Assembly: GCA_964057225.1 (NCBI GenBank)
Contig: OZ059898.1
Coordinates: forward strand, 3,844,001-3,908,000
Direction of reading: 5' to 3'
DNA from: Auanema rhodensis
Taxonomy: Eukaryota; Animalia; Nematoda
Length of the DNA: 64,000 bases
The translations under genes were made by a program, and so were the position numbers. Each line of letters starts with the position of its first letter. Positions within the stretch are counted from its first letter, which is position 1. Below, piece after piece: positions 21,598 to 36,094 of this stretch. The notes under the pieces are model-generated. The model searched no databases, was not told the DNA's origin, and worked only from the letters and a program-made list of their open reading frames with translations.

Positions 21598-22099
21598 TTA
21601 AGCATTTTTGTTTTGTAACAGTTTTCCAGCCATTTTCAGTCCTTGCTGAGCCAAACCTGCTCCAGCATTCTTTTGGAAGTTTGTGAAAAAACTAGATAGA
21701 ACTCTGAAGGCATCTTCGGGGTTAACATTGAACTTTTGCGCTGAAATGTAAAAAAAATAGAAATTATAGGAAACCGTAGCTAACCGGCCATATTGAACAC
21801 TTTTGTTGCGGCTGGCACATGTTTCATCATATCCTGTTTAACATTATCATCAAGGCGAGTGTATTTATCCAGAAAAGATCGGAAAAATGATTGAGCTGCA
21901 AGATTTTCCGGTTTGAGGGAAGGTACTCCCATGGCTTTTTTGGTCATCTATATAGAATTATTTGGATACTTTTGTGAAAATAAATAGGTACATCAGCGAA
22001 GAACTTTTTTCCAACTGATCCAAGGTTTTGAATATCCATTCCATTTTGACAGCTAACATACGAGAAGTATAGAATAATCACAGCAATGAAAACTCTCAT
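21598..22099 (-). CDS. Small secreted helical protein of unknown function (3 exons)
   Basis: MRVFIAVIILYFSYVSCQ signal peptide; two GT-AG introns keep the frame to KLLQNKNA*. Confidence 0.7.
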
Positions 22100-22430
22100 T
22101 TTTAAATTCTAAAATATATCTATATATAAGTGTTAAGTAAAAAAATAGCGGGTTAAGTTGAGAATAAAATTCTTAAACATGCAATAGTTGAAGAAAATAA
22201 TCACATTTTATCGTTCCCATCTTTTTTTATTGGAAACGCCCAATAACAGCTGTTTCTAATATTATCGAGCAAATTGTTTAACGACATGCGTGTTGCCTAT
22301 GAAACAGAAAATTCTTTTATTATATTTATTCTTTTTAAATAGTAAAGTGAATTATGATAATATATATATATATATAGGTTTTTTAATTTTTTTTCATTCA
22401 TTGATATAACTTTATGTATATAGAAATATA

Positions 22431-22913
22431 TGGCGCTGGTATTGTTTCGCCCACCCCCCCCCCTAATAATCAGAGAGTTAACCTTAGAGCGCGCTTATAA
22501 CATTTTGGGCACACACCAGCTTTGCATAAACTAGCGGGAGTGCTCTATCCCAGATCCGGGGGGTCTGGGGGGGTATCCCCCCCAGATAGAGAAAGCTTCA
22601 ACAAAATTTAAAAGTATTAAACTCGCAGAAATGAGACTGTATTTTGGAGTAAATAACGCATGATCTAAGATAACATTTTGGGCACACACTAGCTTTGCAT
22701 AAACCAGCGGGAGTGCTCTATCCCAAATCCGGGGGGTCTGGGGGGGTATCCCCCCCAGATAGAGAGAGCTTCAACAAAATTTAAAAGTATTAAAAGTATC
22801 AGAGAGAGCACTCCCACTCGCAGAGATGAGACTCTTTATTTTCAGGTAAAAAACGCATGCGCTCTAATGTTAACTCTTAGGGGGGGGGGGTGGGCGAAAC
22901 GATACCAGCCCCA
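22431..22913. mobile_element. Non-autonomous DNA transposon (MITE-like) with ~55-60 bp imperfect TIRs and an internal ~173 bp tandem duplication
   Basis: Left end tggcgctggtattgtttcgcccaccccccccc...gagttaaccttagagcgc is the inverted match of the right end; GC-rich island flanked by TA runs; no ORF. Confidence 0.85.
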
Positions 22914-22917
22914 AATA

Positions 22918-22949
<32 letters not shown>

Positions 22950-23307
22950 ATTATGATGAAAAATATATGTAGGTATGTACACAATGATATAGGTATGTAC
23001 GTATGGATCCAATGATTGCAATTTTCAAGTTGTTTGCATCGATTTGAAGATATCTGACTATGCAATATACACAAAGCTATTAATCAGATTGCTTCAGTTC
23101 TTCGCAAACAAAAATAATTAAAGAATAAGAGTTTAAACAGTAGCTATAGATATAATGAAAAGTTAAATGAAAGACGGGCACACAAAAATATAAAAAAAGT
23201 ATAACAATGTAACATATATACATATATATATGTATTATATATAATTATGATAACAATAGCATATTGATGTTAACCTTTTTTAGAAAATAAAAAAAGCAAC
23301 TCATAAT

Positions 23308-25588
23308 TCAATGATGTATTGGAGGAGATTTATAAATAGCTTTTCGTTGAATCTTGCGTTGACGTTGTGCTCGGGATTCTGTAGGTACCAGTTGAATATA
23401 TGCATTGTCGTAGAATGATTTTAAAATTTTATTAATATCACCAGTTCCTGTCAAACGTTCACGATAGTCTTTTGCCAATTTATCGAATGTTGTTTCCGGA
23501 TGCTGCATAAAAAGTAAAAATATGTTATCATAATTAGTTTACCGATATAACTCTTCTAGATAAAGATTGAGTTTGAACCATGGGAAGAGTCGTTGCATAT
23601 GTAGTATATTCAATAGTCTTTCTAGAAAATTATTTTGTTAAACAGTGGCTTTTGGATATCATAAAATAATTATCTGATAAAATAATACAAATATTACTTG
23701 TCCTGAAATCGGGAACGATATGCAGGATTAGCCAGGGTAACAATCTCAGCTTCAGACAAATCAAGTGGTGCTCCAGTCTCCAATTCCAAAAGATCAGTAT
23801 CTTCATTGTGAGTTAGCTGATAAAAATCAAAACATAAAAAGAATGTGTTTGTTAACACTTACAAGATAAACTTGATTATCTACTGATGGTACAATAGTAG
23901 TTTCAACCTGATCACCTTTAATTCCTATTCTTATTTAAATTATTACTAATATATATTAATTTACTTTTTTTATCAGCTTTATCGATTAATTCATCATCAT
24001 TCATTTTTTCCTGAACTAGTATATGTTTATCAGATGTTTTAATAGGTGTCGGGAGTACAATTGAATCCTAAACATTGATTAAACATAATTGATTTTTCAA
24101 ATAAGACAAACCTTATCAAAAATTTTTTTTGGTGGATGTAGTTTGATTTCCGGTTGTTCAGATAAGTTTTCTTTGTTTGAAGTTTCATTTTTGTATGAAA
24201 CATCCATACTAGAACTGTTTTCCTCCCGTTCCTTTCTTATATTCCCTTCATCTCTATTAGATAGAAGATTTAGAGGCTCTTTCTCTAATAAATATATAAA
24301 TTAGTAAACACAGATTTGAGTAAAGCTCACGAGATAAATGTTCTTGTTGTGTTGAAATTGTTTGATCGGATAATTTTTTGGATAACTCTTCTTTAACAAT
24401 CTAAAACATAGTTGCAAATAGTTTTTCATACAAATATGTTATTGTTGTTTTAAATACCACTAACCTCATGTACATACTGAACGAAATTGATCTTTTCATG
24501 TTCTGTTAAGTTGATGTTTTTTAGTAAGCCATATATATTTGAGTCCGACGTCTAAACATGGAATAATTACATATATTAGAAGAGTTTATAACTTTGTCAA
24601 TAACAGTGGAAGATTGCCGGTTTGGGGTAATGCTGCTTTCATTAGCAGCCTGATGTTGCTCATTTTCTTCAGAAGGAGTTGTTGTAGTTGACTGTAAAAG
24701 GAATTTACATTTTTATATAATGTGGATTTTAATTATTCAGTAAGCACTATTTAAAATTGATTTTTTAAAAATCATATTAAATTATTACTAATTCAGAATC
24801 ATCTTTAATTTTTATTTGAGGTGTTGAATAAGTAGGTCTTGGAGCATCAGTATAGCCTAATGTAGTCTGTGAAGTTGTATACAACACAGTCGAGGTATCC
24901 GATTCTGTATGAGGTTTCTGTAAAAAAAATGTATAGAATTGAAATTGCAATATATATTTCCAAATATAAGCATACCTGATTTTCTAATGGCTCGCCATAA
25001 CTCGGAACTAAGCCTGAAAGAAAATTATCAATTAATATTTATTATTCTGAATTAACTTTATCAGTTTATTATTTAACTATTTATACATATTTCTAATACT
25101 TATACAAACCATTCGTCATACTAATATGAGGAGATAACAACGTAAGCTGCTGATTGGATTGTGCAAATTGGTTAGGAAGCTGGTTGTTAATCGTACCAAA
25201 GGATGGAGGAAATATCAGTCCCGGTTGTAATCTAGAAAACGTTTTTTCATGCGTCTTTTGTCATAAAACATGTTTTTCTGTTCTCTGAATATCATATTTT
25301 ATAAGGAAAATTAGAAGATACTGGGTTGCATGTCCTGTAGCGGTCATTGTATTTGCTAATAAACCGTTATTCATAAGAAGAGCATTATTATAATGATGTT
25401 GACGTTGAAGAAAATCATAAAAAACATTTGGATTCATATACATCATCTAAATTTAAAAAAAATGAAAACACCGAAGAAAACAAAAGAAATGAAATTTTAT
25501 CACTTACCGATGTTGTTTGTGAAATAGGTGCTGCAAATATGTGTTGAATGTATACAATCCAAGGTATAATAAAGAGCTTGAAACTCAT
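23308..25588 (-). CDS. Secreted low-complexity (Q/T/E-rich) protein of unknown function, ~12 exons
   Basis: Signal peptide MSFKLFIIPWIVYIQHIFAAP; exons join via GT-AG introns; ends HPETTFDKLAKDYRERL...KSPPIHH*. Confidence 0.7.
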
Positions 25589-26561
25589 GCTGGTTATATC
25601 TTAAAATATAAACTGATTAAGTTTCTTGGTTTCAGATAATAGAAGAATAAAGAGGTAGGAGGAATTGAACGCAAGGAAAATGGAAGAAATGGTGACTATT
25701 CCGCATATATGGCAATCCAGAAAGAAACTTGATTTCGCAGCTTGGAATGAGAAAAGCTATGAAAAGAAGACAAAGATGACGACATTCTAACAAGAAAAAA
25801 ATGTTGAGAAGTGGTCTTTAAATTCGCTTTATCTATTTCTCATTTAAGAAGGAGATTTAAAGCAGAATTAGTGAATGTATTACATAAAAATTTAACAAAT
25901 AGCGTTTTCGTTTTATTTGATGTTTTGAAAATTTTTTTCTAAAATATTTTCAAAAAATCTTTTATTATTCAAAAGAAATGTTAAGTTCTAGGCTAGTATT
26001 TTATCATATAAATATAATAAATAAATTTTCATAAAAACAAAAAAGTTTATAAATAGGAAAACTAATTATTGAAACTTTTGTAAGTTTGTTTCAATACCCC
26101 TAGAAAAAACGGTAATGCTTGTCACAGCAGGGAACCATGTTCTTTCTTTGATAGCAATATATCAGCTTGTGATGACCAAGTTGCTTATATTAGGAAAACG
26201 AACAGAAGCTGCTTTTCAGAAATGTAAGATAGGGAAAGTGGACAATTGTCTCGAAAAGGGAGCGAAGAAAAGACAACGAACCGGTTAGAAAGAGGAGCCC
26301 TGAGAAGAATTAGTATCTGTATACCCATCTAATGTTGTCGCTTCGTCTTCTTTCAAACTAATTATATACATGAATATGTTCTCATGCCCACTTAAATGAT
26401 TCAATTTTTGATTGAACTGTAGAGATTGTTTAACTAGAGCTCTACTATTTTACTGAAAAGATTCATCATATATTGTAAATAAATATCTTTATTAACTTAC
26501 AAACATAAGAAAAAAGATCTCAAGTTTTAATCTTTTTCTTTCTTTTCATTTTTAACACATA

Positions 26562-27948
26562 TTAAAATGTATATAAAGGTTCACGCTGCTCTTTTCGTTT
26601 ATTTATAGAGCATGGAAGTATTTTTTCTAACTCATAAAGATCTCGAATCTATAATTTATTGATTTTTTTGATTTTTCAAAAAAAAGTCTTAATTACCTGA
26701 ACAATTCTTCCGTTTAATTCGCGTCTTTGAATTGTTGTAGTTTCAGATGGCTTTGCGTCTAAAAATCTAGCAAGTGACCTGAAACGTCAATGTTTTGATA
26801 TTATAGTTTTGTATAAACAGAACGAACATCTGAGGGCAATCTTTCAAACTAAGGCATCTCATTCTTTGTAGAAGTACGAAGCGATCTTCTTCATATACCT
26901 GAAGACTTATTGATAAAAAAATTATTATTACATTGTATTACCTCATAAATTAAAAGTGGCATCTTTCGATGATGCTTTATAATTATATTATGCAAGAGAA
27001 ATAATAATAAAGGAAAGTTGATATGTGGAAACAAAATCGGTATACCAATAATTGATTGTGGGCAAAACAATCCAACAGATATGTCAAGAATTTCGATCTA
27101 AATGCAATATATTTCCAATTAGAAAAAAAAATTAAATACCGTTAAAGTAGTGAAATATAAATAAATGGTTACTAATCCAATTAAAAACTGATATGTTTCG
27201 TCATAAATACGGCGCTGTACAGCTGAACTCATATATTTAGCCAGAAGAAAGAAATCTTTTAAATAAGGATAAAATGAAAGACATGCTGATAAAAAAAGGC
27301 ATAGTAAGAATATTGGCAAGCTTGAATCCATTTGAATAGTACGGAACAAGCATCTAAAAATATTTGAATATTAGATGAATTGTATTATTAGATACCTAAT
27401 AAGAAATGGTACTCCCACCGTAATAGCAAGATGTAGCCCACTTAATTGCCGACGCATATGACATTTTCCATACCTGAAATATGCTATTTTTGGTGAATAT
27501 AAAGAATATTTTAATTACAACCTTCGCATGAGCAAGTACTCGAATCGATTTGAAACAATTCGAACTACCGAGAATACAAGAAATAGATATACAATTTGTC
27601 GCTGTCGCATACATTGTTCAAACTGAATTGAATTTGTTGTTGAACTAAAAAAAACCATTGTATTTAAAAGAAAAGTAATATAACTCTGACTTTGTTTTTT
27701 CATAGCAACTAGCATCCACATACTGTTGCAAACACTTGTTAAGAAAAGCTGGAGCTACAGTTAGCAAGTAAACCATAATGATAAGTATCGCATTTTTGCA
27801 AGTTTGAGTAACTGAAATGCTATTGAAGAATCTTTTCATTCCATGTAGCTTTGGAAAATCCATATCAATCGTTTTTCCGAATAAGTATTTGCAAATCTGT
27901 AATCTGTAAAATCTTTCAAGATTTTCTGAATACCACAAGAGTAAGTTA
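26562..27948 (-). CDS. Multi-pass membrane protein of unknown family; 5' end unresolved
   Basis: Eight exons join in frame through canonical introns, with several hydrophobic segments (NAILIIMVYLLTV, IVYLFLVFSVV, LPIFLLCLFLSACLSF, FLIGLVTIYLYF). Confidence 0.6.
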
Positions 27949-30367
27949 CTGAAACAAATACGAGAAAATAATGTTTTACAGACAATATCGAATGAAATAG
28001 TATGAAAGATATTTATATATAAAAGAGCGGCATTTCAAAGTAAACGCTCAAGGGCCTTCAAGCTCTTTTACTCATCGGGCGGATAGCATCGATGAGGGCT
28101 TTTCATCTGATGCTCGTGTGACTTCCTAAATTGAAAATTGCATTCTCGTCCGAACAATTGACAAGACACTTCACAAAAGCGACTATTCAATCCTCGGATG
28201 CTATGCGATTTGATCAGACGTAGTATGGCAATATTGCATAATTTACAAAGTCTTCATCGGGAAAAAGGAAAATATACAAAAGTATGCAGAATATTATCTG
28301 CTTAAAACCTTTGAATCATTTTAGTTTTGAAATTTTCTTTGAAAATTTTTTTTTAAAATTTGAAAAAAATTTTAATTGTTCCATGACTTTATTTGACAAT
28401 CTTAATACATCTTTGTATTAAATTTCCAAATTTCCAAATTATATGTATTATAAACTAGTTCTACTATTTTAGAAAAAATATATTTGAGTTGTACATTTAT
28501 CTTCATGTTGCTTTTTGATTTTGTTCCTTATTTCTCTAACGTATGATTTTTTTGTTGTCGTATATTCTTCTGCCATTTCAAGCCAAATGAGAAAATACAA
28601 CAACAGATTGACCACGCCCTTATGGCTCCTTCTTCATTTTCACTATCTCCATTGCCTTCTTAGTCATTCTCTCATCCAAACATTGTTTTTTCTTTAAAAA
28701 TCTTTCATTTCCATGGCTGTGCGAAGATGTATGATTGAACATATTTCATTTCTATAAATAGATGTAACCAAAACATTGATACAATTTTGGAAAGTTTTAT
28801 TTTTAATGAGAGTACAAAACTATATTATGAATTTTCCCCTAACTAAGATTATTACGGCCAAACAAAAATTAAACATTGCATACGCCGCCATTACATCTTT
28901 CAAATGATTATATGTTGAATCTTTCTTTATAATTATCAATAAAACTTCATTTTCTTATGAAACATTGAACGTTCTAGATAATTATAGATTAACAATTTTC
29001 TTGTATTTGATTCTTCTTGTTTGAAATCATCTACGGTAGACTATTTTACATTCAACTGCTATGTTTGAAGTCAAAATCCTATTCTTTTCGAAGATTTATC
29101 ATCATATCGATTTTAAAATAAAGCCCTTTTAGCATTGAGAACAGAAAAATGATTCTCGAGAGACTTAATATTTTAATGGCTTTCAATAGTCAAACTTTAG
29201 AGTTGTGTGAGCATAACAAGTGAAAAAAACTTTAAAGCTTCTATTATAAAGAAACTTTGCTTTCAACAGTTTGAGAATATTATTACGCAAAAGCATTAGG
29301 ATCACACTGTTTGAAAACAATTTAATAGAAAGTCATTTTATATTGAAAGAATTATGACAGAAAGGTTTCGCTGTACATAGAAGTAAAGTGATATAATAAG
29401 AAATCAATAAACTGATATCGTAAAGTTATATCCAATAAAAGTTTTACTTCAATCAGAGATGTCTTCTTCATCATCTGTTGTCGCATCTGGCTCTGCGCAC
29501 GATGTTGGCTGCGACTGTGGGTTCGACGTGTTCATCTACAATGTTATTAAGTTAATGTCTGAAACCATCTGCCTTTTCTGTTCAATTCGATCAACATTTT
29601 CCTTTTTTTCCAATATTTTTTCGCACCCTTTTGTTCATAATGAATTAGTTAGATATCTTTCACTAGTTTATGAGAACCATCTGCATAATTGCTAGGCTTT
29701 CGTCAAGTATATTCTGTTTAAGAAAATGCTTAAGAATTATTTCACTCACCATTGGTTATTCCAAATGTCAATGACAAAACAACGAAACAAGCTTATCATT
29801 TCCTATTCTCCTTTCTTTCATTTTTATATCTTCTTATATTTTCTCTCTTATGCGAACTATTGATCTCATACAATGCCTAATTTACGATTTCGCACCCAAC
29901 CGAATCACCCGCTCATGTTGACTACTGGTGAGAACCTCTGAATCGGGTATTGGTTAGAATCAGGAGTGGTAGGTCTTCGACCTGAATAACTCTAGCATGC
30001 ACTATTAGTTTTATTAGTTGATCATTGTTCGTGTACCATCTTAAAATGCTTGATTTATCGATACTATTTCTTTTTCTAATATTTTAATCATATACAATAC
30101 ACATGTATATAGTAGGCTAATATATATATATATATATATCGAATCTAATTCAAAATGCGATGAATAGTCTAAAATATTGTTAAAATAGTAAAAAAAACTT
30201 TCATGTAATCGAATTCGTTATCAATCATCTTACAGAGTACAACGCTTAATTTTTACAGAAAGAGTCCTAGGATATTAATTTGGTTCTTCTCAGATAATTA
30301 TTCAATTCTATAGAACGATATCAATGGGAAATAGGTTCTTCGTTTGAAGAGATATGCTCACAACTAT

Positions 30368-31433
30368 ATGAGACTAACAATTGTTGTGATATTCTTCGCC
30401 ATGTTAGTGCCAATTCGTCAGTGTGTTTCGGATCAACCATCATCATCCAATGGTTCGTTTACATGTATATGCCTTAATCGTTCTTAATAAATATAAACTG
30501 AAATATAAAAAAAAACTATTTGCTCTCCTTGTTTGACAAATAATTGTTTTATTCATTCACTAGATATCCAAAAGTCCCTCCTTATTATAATACCACCCTA
30601 TAAATTACAGATAAAAGAAAAGACAGTTCTATTGCTAATAAACTGCGAATATTTCATTAATATTTATTTATTACATTGCCCGTTTTTCATTTTAAAGCAA
30701 ATTAAGTGACAATATGTTATAAGTTATAAAAACAGATAATAATTCACTACTATAAATAAGAACAAATTAGCTATTTTCAGAAGAATCAGGGCGATATCGA
30801 TTACAACTTCGAGCACATCGTCGACGTCATCGGCAACGTTCAAACTTCATAGAACATGATCAGTTGTTTGATTTACTCGAACACGCAACGGAGACGGATA
30901 AAGTTCGAGAAAAAATCCGTCGAAATAAGGTTACTTATCAAACACTAATTAATGCTAACATTATGTTTTATAGAATAAAGCTGTAGAAAGAGAAAAAAAT
31001 GAAGCGTTATGTGGAAGTGAACGAAAAACCGTTCACTTAAATAGCGTAACTGATGAATATGATCCCCCTTTTATAGTTGAAACTCGATGTCAGAGCCTTT
31101 ATGAATATGAACAAGGTTTTGCAGATACTTTAGCTGACCAGGTAATTTCCGTTCTGTCTGAATATGTATACTGATTTAATTTGAGAAATGCGTTCATGGC
31201 CTTCTACGATGTGTTCAGAGATACACCGAGGTACAGCTTTCACTTTTTTAAATTATAATACTTAGATAACTTTACGTTTTGAAATTGTTATTCTTCTAAG
31301 TTTCATATTTTAGATTCATGTTTCACGTCGACCAGTTGGACATGGCCATTGGATTCCTCATATAATACGAGATGTACCCTTTGCATGTGAATGTATGTGG
31401 CCGGTAGATCAGTACGGACACCAAGATTTGTAA
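30368..31433 (+). CDS. Secreted cystine-knot ligand precursor (PTTH/Trunk/Spaetzle/neurotrophin-like)
   Basis: Signal peptide; basic prodomain (HRRRHRQR, KIRRNK); C-terminal C..YDPPFIVETRC..C..C..W..VPFACEC pattern; 5 exons. Confidence 0.75.
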
Positions 31434-31723
31434 ATTCCGAACACTTAAAACCTAGGCTGGAAGTAGAAAAGAAAGTTCAACACTTATTTGTAGTTTAACA
31501 TACTTTTTATTACCACTTAGTTATTTTCTCTTCTATTTCACGCTTTTTTTGACAAACACTTTGTAACCATGATCGGATTGCAATTGTAATAATATATTTG
31601 AACTTTTCTTTTAATGTTTAATCGTATTTCTGCACAGATTTGGGTAAATTTCTACGAGAAAAAAACAACACGTAGTTATAAATATGGCAGAATATTATTA
31701 ATGTCTGAACAATTCAATAAATT

Positions 31724-32232
31724 TTAGTCAAAATTACAAAGGTCTTTTGCGCAACACTTTCGCATAGTACAGCCTGAACCATAATCTGAGACATCAGCGC
31801 GACAGGAACTAGACGACTTTTCACGTCGACATCCTAATATAGATTAGTAATCAAACAACATGTATATGAATGAACAAACCTAATTCATACGTACAACTAC
31901 GTGTTATTGAAGAAGTGATAGTTTTCTTTAGTTGTTTGTTATAAATCTCAAAAGAAACAGTCTAAATCGATTACGTCAGATGGGTGATAACTCAATAATT
32001 ACCTGACAATAAGCACCCTCCGGGCATTCCTGAACTTCCCATGAAGGCCCTCCTTGTGTATCACAGTCTTTTCCCACACAATTCCAACATTTCAAAGACA
32101 AAACAGAAGATGCTAAAATGTGATTATAATTTTATAGATAATTTAAAAATATGAAGAATTGAAGTCATGAAAACAAAATTTTTGGTGATTTTTTAACTTA
32201 CCTAGCAGAAATGCAAAGACCAGAGTTTTCAT
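31724..32232 (-). CDS. Ly6/uPAR (three-finger) domain protein, apparently soluble
   Basis: MKTLVFAFLLASSVLS-LKCWNC...C...C..C...RSC...C...C...C...CCAKDLCNFD*; 4 exons. Confidence 0.85.
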
Positions 32233-32877
32233 CACACTGTGGACGTAATAATAATTCCGATATTTAATGGAAAATATTTTAATTTCCTTTCACTATGGTA
32301 ATAAACTATGCTAGACTACATCCGTGAAATTGTATAAATTTATTCCAGTTTTCAAATCAGTTGAATTCGATAAAGGATCCCATTGTTAGATATTATATAT
32401 TTAGTTATTTTCAACTTTCAGTAATTTCTATAATGCTTCAAAGTGAAGACAAAAAATGCTACAAAGGAATATGTAAACAATTTGATCTGATTTTTCTATG
32501 TTTAAAAACGACATAAATCGTTCATTCTGAATAAGAGCAACAGTATAAGGCAGTTTAATTGACTTTCATATCTTTCTTAGATATTAAAAATATTATATAT
32601 TTATTCAAAGGATGCTCTAATGCTAACATTGGCGGTAAATATTTCGTTTTGAACATACAAAGAGCGCGAAATATAATGCGCGAAATTCTGTTGGCCATCT
32701 TGATTTATATATCTACTGAATATTTTATAAAGTTTTTTTGGAAAGTTTTGTTGTTTTTTTATAGCTTTAGTAAGGATATAAGTAACTGAAATAGTAATAT
32801 TCAAATTTTCAGAAATCTTGTTTTGTTTTTTAAAATGCATTTTATTTGGATAATTCTAAAGTTTATACTTTTAAGTC

Positions 32878-36094
<3,217 letters not shown>

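Noticed and set aside
22498-22860. CRISPR-like or independent satellite array
   Set aside because: Only two long units with no spacers, enclosed by TIRs in a eukaryotic genome.
29449-29700. Possible small minus-strand acidic-tailed gene (…DATTDDEEDISD*)
   Set aside because: I could not build a start exon or a consistent splice chain.
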